From Stegostoma tigrinum (lineage: Eukaryota): DNA of 64,000 bases. The notes beneath the pieces are model-generated. The model did no database searches and was not told the DNA's origin. It saw nothing but the letters and a program-made list of their open reading frames with translations. The stretch spans positions 72,774,283-72,838,282 of the forward strand of contig NC_081359.1 in the NCBI RefSeq assembly GCF_030684315.1, in the 5' to 3' direction. Positions 38,229 to 51,469 of the stretch are shown one piece after another; the first letter of the stretch is position 1; each line of letters begins with the position of its first letter. The translations under genes were made by a program, and so were the position numbers.

Positions 38229-38292
38229 CTGTACAGTTCTATGTTCTACGAGTGACCGCTCAGGATGTAAGCTAAGCGACTGAACAAAAAAG

Positions 38293-38402
38293 GGCTCTTC
38301 TGGCACAGTGGTAATGTTCCTACTTCTGAGCAAGAAGGCCTATGTTCATGTCCCACCTGCTCCATAGATGTACAAGAACATCCCTGAACAGGTTGATTAA
38401 CA
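38293..38402 (+). mobile_element. Family X tRNA-derived SINE
   Basis: ggcacagtggtaatgttcctacttctgagc..gttcatgtcccacctgctcca..ctgaacaggttgattaa. Confidence 0.65.
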
Positions 38403-39744
38403 AAAAAAAGCTATAAGATGAATATTGTGTGGATGCATGCGTGTCCCTGCACGCAGAGGAATCTGGCAGAAGCATGCAAGTCATGTGACCCTGAGTTCCA
38501 TAAAGAAGTCCTGGAAGGGTGAAGTGGTGATTAACTGAAAGCAGGTACAATGACATGGTGAGGCTGGTTGTTTGGCAATGCCTACTCATATGGATGAAGG
38601 GTTGAACTCAATGATGTCCATGCAGCATGCAGGGAAATGGTGGTGACAATGGGATTGGGTAAAGGTCCAGAGAATAAAGTGGTGAGCTATGCTGCCAGAA
38701 AACTCTCATGTCAGTAATTGGTTCCATCTAGTTTCTTGGAGAAGAAGGGGAGAATTGAAAGTAGCACAGCTATGAGGTCAGTTGGGCTAATAATGAGATG
38801 CAAATGCATGGAAATAAGACAGTTCATTACTGCAATTCTGATTCACCATTTAAATCTTAAGGAGACTATTGGAAGAAATGTTCTTGATGCTGAGATTCTG
38901 GTGTTTCCATTCACGCATTATTTCGCCAACTTTCTTCATTGCCTGTTTCCTTGACTTTGACTCCCCTCTCCTAGAAGTGTTCTCAGCATCCTAAAACCTC
39001 AAAGAAACAGGAAATTACAACTTAATTTACATACTCTATCCAAGCGTTTTAATCTTCAGGTCCCTGATAGCATTCTGGTGAATCTACCCCGCATTCAATC
39101 CAAGGCTGATGTTTCTATGGTGTAGCAGTCACTGTTTACAGTACGGTAGATGTGGTTTCGTCAGGTCTTTACATAGCTGTAGCAAAACTTCCTGCCCCTT
39201 ATATTTTATATGCTAGTTGTTTAGTTATAGCAGGAACATTCCATTCACCATTTTTGATTATGTTTTATAACTGACGTCTCACATCCTATTGATCTGTGTG
39301 CTCAGACCCCTAAACCTCTTTAGACCTCTACAGTACCTAACCTTAAATGTATTTCTTTTAAGTCCTCCGTTTTGATGCAAAATGGTTAATCACAGACTTA
39401 CTTATGTGCATACAGATTTCACCAAAATAATCATAGTTTAATGAAGCTTGTATGTCTTAATATATTAAATGCACTTGGGAAACAAGGCTGGATTTTAACC
39501 GTGAGAAATCCAGAAAAGCCAAATAAATTCTACTTCATACATGCTTTTCTGGTGATTTTTTTGAACCAAACAGAGAGCTGTTTTAGGTTTTGATCAAAGA
39601 AAACTAAGTTTGATATTTCCTTTCTAAGCTTTGGCAATGCTTGAGATGTAATTAATATTAATATTCAGCAGAAGTGATTGAGGATAAAGGAGTGATTTCC
39701 TGTATGTTCTTCCCTGATTAGTCAAACCTGGAAGTCTGCTTTAG

Positions 39745-40550
39745 ACTGACTGCTCTCAATGCACAAGAGGCTAAGAATCCAGAAAGGAGTAACTCACCTC
39801 TTGACTCCCCAAAGCCAGTCTGCCATCAAACAATGCATACGTCAGGCGTGTCATGAAATATTTCCCACTTGCCTGGACAAGTGCAGCTTCAATAACACTC
39901 AAGAAGTTTGATACCATCAAGGATGAAGCAGCCCACTTGATTGGCACCAAGTCCAACAGATATAACTCCACCACCAACAGATACTGCAAAAATTCAAACA
40001 GCACTTCCAGTCCCATGACCATAATCTTACACATCATTTATGTTGAAGTGTATAAGATCATGAGGGGAATGGACAGGGTGGATAGGAAGTAGCTATTCCT
40101 TAATTGGAGGATCGAGGGGAGATAATTTTAAGGTGAGGGTCAGAAGGTTTAGAGTGGATTTGAGGAAATATCTTTCTTCACCCAGAAGATGGTGGGAATT
40201 TGAAATGCAATGCCTGTGAGGGTAGTTGAGATGAAAAACTTCAGAATCTTTAAAAAATACTTGAATGAGCACTTCAAATGCCATAATATTCAAGGCTATG
40301 GCCCATATGCTGCAAAGTGGGATTAGTGTAGATAGGTTGGTACAGACTTGATGGGTTAAAGGGCCTGTTCTGTCCCGTGTGATCTCAAGACCACTTCCAT
40401 CTATAAGGACTAGGGCAGCAGATACATTGGAACACCACTGCCTAAAAATTTCCCTCCAAGCCACTCGGCGCTTTGACTTGGAAATTTATCACCACTCCTT
40501 CAATGTCGGTCAGTCAAAATTCTGGAATTCCCTCCCTAACAGCATTGCAG
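39745..40550 (+). mobile_element. L2/CR1-type LINE 3' portion interrupted by a CR1 tail (about 40040-40380)
   Basis: MKYFPLAWTSAASITLKKFDTIKDEAAHLIG; insert gaagtgtataagatcatgagggg..gggcctgttctgt. Confidence 0.75.
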
Positions 40551-40554
40551 TTGC

Positions 40555-40668
40555 TGGACTTGAAATATTAACTCTGCTTTCTTTCTATAGGTGCTGCCAG
40601 CTCAGCTGAGTTTCTCCAGCAATTTCCATTTTGTTTCAGATCTTCAGCAAACGCAGTTCTTTGTTTAT
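40555..40668 (+). mobile_element. Family B PLE-terminus fragment
   Basis: ttgaaatattaactctg..gctgagtttctccagcaattt..gcagttctttg. Confidence 0.65.
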
Positions 40669-41934
40669 TATGCTAACAGGGATATGGAGTTGGGCCACAA
40701 ATCAGTCATGATCTCATTAAATGGTGAAATAAACTTGAGGGGCTCAATGGCCTACTCCTGTTCCTATATTCCTAATACTTGAGCCAAGTCGTAGCAGTTT
40801 ACATACGTACAGACTCATTGCAGTACCTCAACATTATTACTTTGACAATAATGCTCTTCATTCTGGCCTTTATTATTAAGGCAGGCAAGATAGTGACGTC
40901 ACACGTAGACTATCACCTTCAATTTTTCATCAGGATACAAAATCTTTGATTCAATATATATCACTGCTCCATTAGTGATATTCGGACAAAATCTTGAATT
41001 TCTTTACATGTCACTATAGAGGTAATTGCATTACCACTTAGACTTACAGGGATTTAAGAAGAAGATCTATGATTTCATTTTCAGGGGTAATTAAGAATGA
41101 GTAATAGATGTAACCCTGGCACTATTGCTTCTATCCCAGTGAAAACTTTTAAAAATGTGAAGGAACGATAATAAGTAAACAGTAGAAAATTATTTGGATA
41201 AAAATGCATTACTGTTGGATGAAAGGTGGCAATAAACTAAATGGTGTGTGTTTTATCTGTCTTAATTTCTCATTGTTTTCCTCTTGTTGGTATGGCTGCA
41301 AGTTTGGAATATATTGTTGATTAATTTCAGTACTGAAAATCATTGGACTTCTTTTGTGAAAATACAGAAAATAAAATGAATCATTCAAAATGATACTGCC
41401 AATAGAGAAGGCAATTTGGCTAGTCATGCACTGCTGCCTCTCTGAAAGGGCAACTCAATTGATTCAATTCTCCCAACCCTTTCTTGCAGCCCTGCAAACT
41501 CCTCAGAAGCTTAGTCAATTCCCTTTTGAAAGTAATGATTGTTATCTGCCTCCACCACACACTCAGTCAGTGCACTTGAGGTCCCTGACCACTTACTGTG
41601 TAAAAATGTTTTTCTTATATCATCCTTTCTAAAAAATGATGCCCAGAATTGATTATATAACTGCAATTAAGGTCGACCCAATGTTTTATTGGTTCATCAT
41701 TACAAGAATGAACTATATATTTTTAAATGGCATCAGTATCATTGTGAAATTGTTAGAAATTTTCCTTGTTGATAAATACAAAATCCAATGAAAACAGTAA
41801 TTTAATTATGCTCATCCCCAAGTGACGTTGATTCAATCTTTCTCCTTTCTCAATAAACTTAGAGATAAAGTTGTAATTTTGGCTACATTATTTTTACTAA
41901 AATTATTCCCAGCTTTATGTGTATTAAGTATTGA

Positions 41935-42090
41935 GAAATAGAACATGGAACTTAGAAAGTAGGAATAGGAGTAGGCCATTGTGCCCTTCAAGCCTGCTCC
42001 ATCACTACATACGATCATGACTGATCATCTAACCCTGTTCTTGCTTTCAACCTTACTCTTTGATACTTTTTCCCTAAGAACTATATCTAT
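41935..42090 (-). mobile_element. CR1-type 3' end
   Basis: tagaacatggaacttagaaagtaggaataggagtaggccattgtgcccttcaagcctgctcc; related pieces at 40670-40780 (+) and 50695-51075 (-). Confidence 0.6.
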
Positions 42091-42869
42091 ATAGATAAGA
42101 GGAAAAAATAGGAGGAATAATAGCAGGAAACAAATTAAATAAATAAGAGGAAAAGTAAACTTCTTTAGTTGTATAACATTCAACAGGTCTCAGAAATATC
42201 TCAAATACAGCATATCAAATTATTTCAAAGTACAGTTACTTGATGTGGCTAAACATAAATTATCACAGTTCTGGACAAGAATTTCTAACCAATAAGTGGC
42301 ACTTTTATAATGTAATCAGATTAGAAAACACTTAATATCTCACAAAATATTAGTATGCTAAGATGAATGATCTATTTTGTCCCTCTGAATTATACCATTC
42401 TGTCATATTGAGTATCATAATTGCCAGACTCTTGTCTTTTGTTACATCTTGTGCAGATCATGAAATAAAAGAAGCTATTATTCATGTTTTTAGTATGACA
42501 GAATTTTTGAAATCTCAAACATCTTTTTGAGACAATATTTCAATTTGGCAATCGTACTGAAGTTTCATTGAGTCTGAAGATAGATTCAGTTCAGACTTCT
42601 GCGAATTCAAGCTCAAGAAATGAAAATGTAATTGGCACAATTTTTTAAAGCTGCTGGATCTAAACTTGGTCTCTTGTTTTGGTTTAGTTATGACTAAATC
42701 TTGTCAAGGTGTACATGCACATGATTTTATGATCAGAACATATTGGACGCTACATTCAGGAAATCTGAAGCTAATATTTTTATTAGTTAACTTCAGTAAA
42801 ATAGCTTATGCAATATTTAATAATCAATGCATGATTGTTGTTAATAGATTGGCAGAATTAAAGGTTTTC

Positions 42870-43472
42870 GTTTATTCATCCCAGGGATATAGGCATTGCG
42901 TTCTGGGGCAGCATTTATTGCCAATCTTTAACTGCCCTTGAGAAGTTTGTGCAGCTGCAGTCCATGTGCTGCAGGTAGATTCATAATGCTATTTGGGAGG
43001 GAGTTCCAGAACTTTGACCCAGTGACACTGAAGGAGTAACGATTTATTTCCATATCTGGATAATGCTATGTATCTACTGCTCTTGCACCTCTAGATCTTA
43101 GTGGACATGGGTTTGTTTGGAAGTTTTTGTCAAAAGAATCTTGGTAAATTTCTACAGTTCATTTGTGGATGGTTAACACTGCTATTACTGAACATATGTG
43201 GTGAAGGAATTGGATATTTGTGGATGTGGTGTCTATCAAGCAGGCAGCTTGGCACTTGTGGCACATATGTTATTTGGCACCTGTCAACCCGAGCCTGGAT
43301 ACTGTCCAGGCCTTGCAACATTTAGACATGAGTTGCTTCAGTACCTGAGGTGTCATGAATGGTGCAATCATCAGTGAACGACTCCAATTCTGACCTTAGG
43401 ATGGAGGAAAATTGACAAAAGCAGCTGAAGATGACTGAGTCTAGATCACTACCTGAGCAACTCCTGCAGCAA
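42870..43472 (-). mobile_element. L2/CR1-type LINE 3' portion
   Basis: cagcatttattgccaatc..gggagggagttccagaactttgacccagtgac; LQGLDSIQARVDRCQITYVP on minus. Confidence 0.7.
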
Positions 43473-43664
43473 TGACAGAATCACAGCATCGTTATTGTAA
43501 GAAGGAGGCCATTCAGCCCATCATGTTTGCACCAACTCATGAGCATTTTAATTTAGTGCCAATCTCCCACCTTTTCCCCATAATCCTGCACATTTTTTCT
43601 TTAAACAATGATCCAATGCCCTCTTGAATGCCTCAACTGAACCTGACTCCATCGCACTCAAAAA

Positions 43665-43768
43665 TGTGTTCTGATGAAAGATCAGTAGATCAGAAATGTT
43701 AATTCTGATTTCTCTTCATAAATATTGGCAAACCTATTGAGATTTTCCAGCAATTACTGTTTTTACTT
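43665..43768 (+). mobile_element. Family B short element beginning at the hammerhead core
   Basis: gtgttCTGATGA(43671)aagatcagtagatcaGAAATGTTaattct..gagattttccagcaattactgttttt. Confidence 0.7.
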
Positions 43769-43819
43769 CTTAACTAATTAATTGTATCTAGAGGACACTT
43801 GTAAAATCACGTACATAAG

Positions 43820-43942
43820 ATATTGGCATCGCTGGCTAGGTAAGCATTTATTGCCCTTCCCTTAACTAGCCAGAGGATAACTAAGAGTCGGCCACATTGC
43901 TGTGCATCTGGAGTCACATCTTGGCCAGACCAGGTAAAGGTG
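43820..43942 (-). mobile_element. Deu-domain SINE 3' fragment
   Basis: ccacattgctgtgcatctggagtcacatcttggccagaccaggtaaagg. Confidence 0.65.
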
Positions 43943-44834
43943 TGATGAGTCTCATTATTAAGAGCCAGTGATTATTCTACTTTGTGACCTATAGTTATGG
44001 AATTAATGAAATTTGTCACAATCTTCATAGTGAACAATTACATTTAAAAAGAAATTCAAGCTTCAATGAACAGCTGGAGGATAATAGAAGATTTCACATT
44101 TTTGAACTTTTAATGTTACAACAAATGGAAAGAACTATTATCAAAGCACTGAGTGAAAACACTGGCCAACTCACCACCAAACTTTGGACTGAAATGTTGG
44201 TCATATACCAACCAACAAAGAAAACATCTGCCCTGTAGCAATAAAATGTTGTGGGTGGCATTAACAGATTGAAAGTGGGACTTCAGCCTTTCACTGGGGA
44301 GCAAGTCCTACCCTCTGGACCCAATTGGTTGGCTGCTGCAACAGACTCTGCAGTGCCAGAGATTGGTATGGGTTCCTGCTGTGACTGCAGGCAGGCTCAC
44401 AAAAGTGTTCATGGCCACTGTAGTGAAGTAAGCCAGGGAGATATTGCATGGGGCGGGGTTTCCCACCTTAGGGAGGGAGCAAGTGGGTGGGGGATTTTAA
44501 AGCATAAACTGAAAAACAAAAGAAACCATCTAAACGTAGTTCCCTTTCCTTCCCATCATATTAAAAGCTCTGAAAAGATCACTGCAGTTTGACACCCCAA
44601 TCCAACTGAATGTTGTGAGCAGGGCGATTTTTGAGGGCAGTTGTGTTTTTAATAAGTTCAATGAACCATTAATTATTTATTTACACATACTGGGTAGACC
44701 AATAAATTTAGCACCGATTTCACTCTCTGTTTTATGGGGGTGAGCTTGGGGTTTGGTTAGAAAGTCTTGGGATGGACACCAGGTTCGTATTAAATGCCCA
44801 CGCTGAAAGCCTAACTGGCAGTGCATGGTTCCAA

Positions 44835-45040
44835 CCCACAGTCCAAAGATAAACAGGTTATGTGGATTGGCCATACTAAATTGCCCATAGTGTCCATGAA
44901 TGTACAGGCTACCTCTGTTAGCCATGGGAAATGCAGGATTATAGAGATGGAGGTGGGTCTATATGGGATGCTCTTCAGAGGGTCAGTGTGGAGTCAACGG
45001 GCCAAATGGCCTGCTTATGCATTGTAGGGATTCTGTGCTT
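44835..45040 (+). mobile_element. HE1-like V-SINE 3' half
   Basis: cccacagtccaaagat..ggattggccatactaaattgccc..gggccaaatggcctgc..gtagggattct. Confidence 0.75.
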
Positions 45041-46849
45041 CTACATTGTCCGGTAAATATCTTCAGAGTCAACTTATACCTTGAAACATAACTTCGAAAT
45101 CCGCCCCCCGCCCCACCACCTTTTCTTTTAGTACAATCAAATCATATATTACAGCTATGAATTTCAGTGCTCTTTAAGTAACATTCCAACTCCAGGAAGC
45201 AGTCCAAGGTGATTCTTAACAATCAAAGGTTTATTCCTGTTGTTTTCCTTACTCAATAGAGAAACTTTTAATCTTGGAACTTCATTTCACAATTAGGTTC
45301 CCCAGGCTCCCCTTTCAACTGATCCAGACTTCAGCAAAAGCTAGGCAAATTTTCTAGCATTATGTTAATTCTTCACAAGTTTGGTCCTTTCAAACTGATC
45401 ACCAATTCCCACCTTCATTTCCTCTTGCTGCCCACAGCTGGTCCCTCTCTTCCTGACCCAAGAAGAGAAGTTTTGTCTGAGTTTCATGAACATCTTAGAA
45501 ACTATTCCCTTCTGCATTTCAATGGCAATGTGAATCCCATGTGCCTTGTATCCAGGTAGATAATGTTTAGCTATCTTTGAGAATCCAACTCTTTCTTATC
45601 TAGGAAGTAAATAGGCAGTTTAAATTGTTTACAACACAACAGTTTTCTGGTGCTTAACTCAAATTTTATTCACTGTTAGCCTACAGGCTGCTGCCATTGT
45701 CTCCAATTGTCAACATCTTGCACCTTCTTCCCAGTAAAATAAGTAGCGGGCTCTTAAAATCAAACAATCAAACCACTCACTGAGTTTCCTGGTGGCAAAC
45801 TTAAGAATAGGTCACATGACACATTTCATTTTTATCTTAACTTAAAGACACAGTCTCAAAGTGTGACAATCTGACAAACTTCACAATTGTAAGAAGTCTA
45901 AATATCACAGTAATGTAAAACAAATAACTTAGTAATAGAATAAATGAAAAGCATCAAGATATATTGTCAATGATTCATGGTTTGTCCTGTAACCGTGACT
46001 GAACATAAAACAGAAATAATATTCTCTGATGCTAGAAGTAAGTCATTGAGTACTGATATAGGACTCCTCGAAAGGAGAGACAGGAAATATTATTACAGAT
46101 ATGAAGAGCCTGTACACAGCCTAGTATATTAGTCACTGTGTATTTTAATTATCTAGAGATAGGAAAAATAGTAGAAGAATAAACAAAGAAGATTATACCT
46201 TACAGGAATGTGTGTAGGATTATTTACTAATTTGACATTGAGCAAGAATTGAACATAACTCTTGATCTAATCTTTAGCCAGACCCAGTCAAAGTAACTAA
46301 AACAGAAGTAGCAGAGCATTCCAGATAAAGTGTTCATAATTATACAACTAGAATGAACCAGAGGTAAGAAAGGGTGGTGACACACGAAGATTTGACTTTA
46401 AAGAGATGTGACTGGAAATGAAAAATGGATAAAAATAATGAGGAATAGAACAGGAAAGTAACAAACAGATCGACAACAAAGTGGATTTAAGTGGATTCTG
46501 GTGAAGTGTTATTGATATACATTCTAGCTAAAATTTAAAATACAAATTCATTTCAACTAAAGTTAAGGGACAGTGAAAAATAATACATTATATTGGGTTG
46601 TGGGGATCAATAATGCACTGCTGATGCGACATAGTTGCCTGTATGCTTTTCAGCCAGTCTTGTGCTATACTACAGGCCAGTTCATGAACATAAAAACCAT
46701 GATGCTGTTGGCACAGCCGATGATGAGCTGGGGAAATGTGAGGAGTCAAGGGCCAGCACCAATGCCTCTTAAAGGACCTCTGCCGGTCCTTGACACTGTC
46801 CTGCTAATGTGATGAAGAAGTGGCTACAGCAAGGCAATAAACAAAAGCT

Positions 46850-46935
46850 GAGATAACAAGGTGTCGAGCTGGATGAACACAGCAGGCCAAGCAGCATCAG
46901 AGGAGCAGGAAGGCTGACGTTTCGGGCCTAGACCC
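46850..46935 (-). mobile_element. Young family A PLE-terminus fragment
   Basis: gataacaaggtgtcgagctggatgaacacagcaggccaagc..gctgacgtttcgggcctagaccc; ends inside hammerhead stem II. Confidence 0.85.
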
Positions 46936-47231
46936 AACAATGGGATAAGTTCAGAGGTCCAACTTCAAGATATTCTGTGGAAAAGGGTGGCCACATTAGG
47001 AGCTGAGACTGTAGCCAAGAATAATGTTTGGGCAGTCTGCAAACTGAGAATTGAAAGAGCTAGTGCAAATGCAATGCACTAAACCTGTGAGCAAGTGATC
47101 CAGAAACATACTGGTCCCAGTTACTTAGGTTGGCTTTACTTTATTTTACAATGACCCTATACATTGCACAATCCCAATCTTTTTAGTGAAAACTTACACA
47201 AACAGAGAATGCACAGAGTTCTGACAACAAG

Positions 47232-47935
47232 GAGCAGGGCCCACCTTTATCTACATCAATGGAGCTGAGGTGGAGATGGTCAAGAGCAACAAGTTCCTAG
47301 GAGTGATGATCACCAACAATCTATCTTGGACCATCCATGTTAATGCAACTATCAAGAAGGCACAATAACACTTCTTCTCCCTCAGGAGGCAAAGGAAATT
47401 TAGCATGTGTATAAGGACCCTTGCCAATTTTTACAGATGCACCATAGAAAGCATTTTATCTGGATGCAACATGGCTTGGTATGGCAACTGGTCTGCCCAG
47501 GACCAAACGAAACTACAGAAAGTTGTGAACACAGCCTAGATCATCACACAAGCCAACCTTCCATCCATTGACTCCATTTACACTTCTTGTTGCTGTGGAA
47601 AGGCAGCTAACATCATCAAAGACCCTGCCAACTCCAGTTATAATTTCTTCCAACCTATTCCATTGGGCAGGAGATATAAAAGCTTAAACGCATGTTCCAA
47701 CAGATTCAAGAACATCTTCTTCCTTGCTGTTATTAGACTTCCAAGTGGACCTCTCGAATTTCAAATCAAATGTCGATCTTGCTTTTTGTACACACTCTTT
47801 GCAGCCATAACTTTGTATTCCTTGCTCTGTTTAATCACCCTAAGATTTTTGTGTCTTTGTACATTATGATCTGCTCTACTTGTAACAAAACAGAACTTTT
47901 CATTGTATTTAGGTACATGTGAAAATAATAAATCA
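47232..47935 (+). mobile_element. Rex1/Babar-like LINE 3' end
   Basis: YINGAEVEMVKSNKFLGV..KKAQ..LRRQRKFSM..NFYRCTIESILSG..WYGN..GRRYKSLNACSNRFKNIFF; tail aataataaatc. Confidence 0.8.
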
Positions 47936-48189
47936 GATGAAACTATTCATGCACTTTCCACATGCACTTTGCTGACCACGTTTCAGTAAGGGTATCAGTA
48001 TTGCTGCCATATTAATTTACTCTTAATATGGATCACTAGACAATAAAAATAATAAATAACAATTACTTATCAACTTCAGCTACCTGCATATTGACATTCA
48101 CAGTTTTCCAGAAGGTATAGTTTCTACAGTGAACACTGGGTTAATAACAGTTCTCAGATTTCTTTCCAATGTGCCTCTTTTGTAAAAAG

Positions 48190-49787
48190 GTAAAATAATG
48201 CTGATGCTGGAAATCTGAAGAATGCTGGAGAAACTCAGCTTGTCTGGCAGCAACTATGGAGAGAGAAACAGACTTAACATTTTGAGATTGGTATGATTCT
48301 TCTTCAGAACTGAAAGGTGTTGGAACATTTTTTAAAAACTTTTGACAGAGGCAGAAGCCCAGTCCCAGTGCAAAAGACAAAGGCCTTTTGGTAGAAAAAG
48401 ACAAATGAATTGTAAAATGGTATAAATAAAGATACGAAAGGGAGAGAATTGGCCCTCTCTACTAAGTGCAAAGTAAACAATTCACAAATAAGATGAAGCT
48501 GGGGTGCTGGGTGGTGGTGGAGAGAGGGGAGGGAGAATGTAAGAAAAATGGATAACAGGCATAATATGGTCAATTTTTGAAGTTAGGTGTTGTTCTTTGA
48601 GCTTGCATGTGCTTGTTTGGAATATTGCAGAAGACCCAGAACAGAAACTTTAGCATGAGGTCTAAGGTAGCTTATTAAAATGACAAGCAACTGGGAAATA
48701 ATTCCCACCCACAAAGTGGTGTTCTCCTAGTGATCACCAGATTGTGTTTGGTCTCGCCAGTGTAAAGGAGATCTCATTGTGAGTACTGAAAGCAGTTGAT
48801 TAGATCGAAAGCAGTAACAAATGAAACGTTGCTTCACCTGAAAGATGTATTTGGGGCCATGAATACTGAGGAGGAAGGAGGTGAATGACAAGCATTATAC
48901 CTTCTGGATTGCATGAGGGTACCGGGGGCAGTGAGCAAGTGTCAGGAGCAATGGAGGAGTGAAGCAGGGTGTCACAGAGGGAATGGACCCAACTTCTATT
49001 GCACAGTGGCTAACGGTTAGCACTGCTGTCTCACAGTGCCAGGGTCTCAGGTTTGATTCCAGCCTTGGGGAATTGTCTCGTGTGGAATTTGCATATTCTC
49101 CCCATGCCTGCGTGGGTTTCCTCTGTTTGCTCCTGTTTGCTTCCACAGTCTAAAAATGTGCAGGTTAGGTGGATTGACTATGGTAAATTTCCCCATAGTG
49201 TTCAGGGATATGCAGGCTAGGTCGGCTGACTATGGTAAATGTGGGGCTATGGGGACAGGGTGGGATCCTGTCCAGAGAGTCGGTGCAGATTTGATGGGCC
49301 TAATGACCTCTCTCTGCACTGTAGAGATTCAATATTGTAGGAATGACTCTGACCTTCCAGCTCCTTGTCCTTCCAATAAACCAGCTTGTTGTCGTGCTAA
49401 CATTTCTGCCCTGAGCCTGTTGCAATGCTCCAATAACTTGGGGAGCAAACTTCATTTTCAACTTTGGCATTTTACAGCCTTGGGGTCTCAAAATTGAATT
49501 CAGTAACTTCAGAAACTGTCCATTCTCCATTTTTCTTACATTCCACCCCAAGCCGCACAGTCTTTTCCTGTCTGTGTCTTGTTTACTTTCCATGTTTTAA
49601 GAGGATCAATTATCTCCCTTTCAAACGTAAATTAATAACCATTTTACTTTTCATTTATTCTTTCTCCAAAATCAAGAATCCTTTTATCTTCTGCATTGGG
49701 ACCTCCACCTCTGTCAGAAGTATATAAGAAAATTTCTAACATTTTACTGGTTTGAGAAAAGAGTCAAACCAGATTCAAAATGATAAC
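48190..49787. mobile_element. Old PLE with large inverted duplication
   Basis: 48280-48700 and 49340-49787 are inverted homologues (ttttgacagaggcagaagcccagtcccagtgcaaaagacaaagg / cttttatcttctgcattgggacctccacctctgtcagaa); V-SINE near the centre. Confidence 0.7.
49001..49332 (+). mobile_element. HE1-like V-SINE
   Basis: gcacagtggctaacggttagcactgctgtctcacagtgccaggg..gtggaatttgcatattctcccc..gcaggttaggtggattg. Confidence 0.85.
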
Positions 49788-49901
49788 AAATAACTAAGAG
49801 TTCTGAAGAAGGGTCACTGGACCCAAAACATTGACTCTGCTTTAACTCCACAGATGCTGCCAGAACTGCTGAGTCTTTCCTGCAATTTATGTCTTTGTTT
49901 G
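49788..49901 (+). mobile_element. Family B short element with decayed hammerhead
   Basis: agagttCTGAAGA(49803)agggtcactggacccAAAACATTgactct; flanks aaatgataac / aaatgttaac. Confidence 0.75.
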
Positions 49902-51469
49902 AAATGTTAACTGCCTCTTTTTTTATGTCCTTGCTTGCAGTAGAAGATCAGACATACCCAATATTACAAGAGTAACTACATTTTAAGTTACTTCATTGGT
50001 TGAAAAATATGTGAGATTGCAAATACTGTTCTGTAAATATATTATTATTCAGGTTTTGGAGGAGAAGTAGAAAGAACTTTCCTTGCCTCCATTATAAACA
50101 GCAGCAGTGACCGAATAGAGGGGTCATCAATTCCAAGAATACTGGGAATAAAAATTCACTGTGGTCTGACAAAAATGAATAGATATAGATCATTAGGGCA
50201 CAATAGGGCCTGCTGGTATTTCTGTTTGTTAAAGACAATGGAAAATAAAAACAAGGAACCTTATAACAGCAGCCAATTCATTACAAAATGTTTTGCAATC
50301 GCATCAAATTTCACTCCCAATGATTCCTTTTAAGGAGATGACTTTGAGATGCCTTTGTTGGTGATAGAGTGTGATGTCTAATATCAGGTTGGAGTCTTCC
50401 TTAGATACTGACTGTATCATTCTTTGATTTTCACTCTTTATTATCTTCTTACTCACTCACTCATTCATTTCGCTAAGTCATGGGGACATAATGTCTGCTT
50501 CAAGAGGCATCTTATCTTCTGTATTCTGGAAGATTTTCTTCTGAACATTTAGGTGCCGATGAAGAGGAGGTGACAAGGTTCAAGGGTTTAATGCTAAGCA
50601 TATAATAACACACTGCATAACTAACCAGCCATCTCAGATAGTTCCCCTTTGAGCTAGTTTTTAAGTTCTGTTTGGGTAGGATTGGGAGTGATGTAATCTA
50701 AGAACATTAGGACTCAGGAGCGGGAGTAGGCCATTTGGGCCTGCGTCATTCATTAAGATCATGGCTAATCTGGTTGTGATCTCAACTCCACTTTCCTATC
50801 TGTCTCCAATACCCTTTACTCTCTTTCCAATCAAAAATCTATCTACTTAATCTTGAATCAATTCAATGGCCCAACATCCACAGTTTTCTGGGGAACAGGA
50901 TTCCAAATACTAACAGCTCTGAGAGAAAAAGATCCTTCTGATCTTTGTCTTAAAGGGGAGACTTCTAATTTTTATACAGTCTCCTAGAGCTAATTTCCTC
51001 ACACAAGGAATCATTCTCCCTATCAAGTCCCCTCAAGGTCTTATACGCTTTGAAAAGATCACATTTATTGTTCTGAAATACCATAATTTAGTGATTGAAA
51101 TTCAGCTTAAGGGCCTTTTCAGCGACTGAGTTATGGAATTCATGACTTAATTGTTCAATGTCTACAATTCATACAACCATGTGTGTCAAACATAATGCAC
51201 ATTCTGGAAAGATGCTATATTTACCAGCACCAGTGATTATTGCTCAACCAGCAACTTTTCCTAGCACTCATGACTGAACCATGACATTTTACATCATACC
51301 TCAGCAACATGCAACTCTATGTACCTTGGCAAACCTACAGCTGTTCTATCCTCCCTTTTACAGGATAAAGCAAATCACAACAGGCAGGAGTGCCACAGGA
51401 CAGGTGGATGGCAAACGCACTTGCATCCTTTCAGGTCCCTTAAAGCAATGGTGCCTACAATTAATGGGA

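Larger units (their letters stand above)
35150..38248 (+). mobile_element. CR1/HER1 LINE ORF2 region carrying four nested PLE-derived insertions
   Basis: GPIKNKGGNLC..ILNEYFAPVFT, DFNKAFD, FTDDTK, WAEKWQIKFN, FFTQRIIGVWNAL; tail ctgtacagttctatgttcta. Confidence 0.9.
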
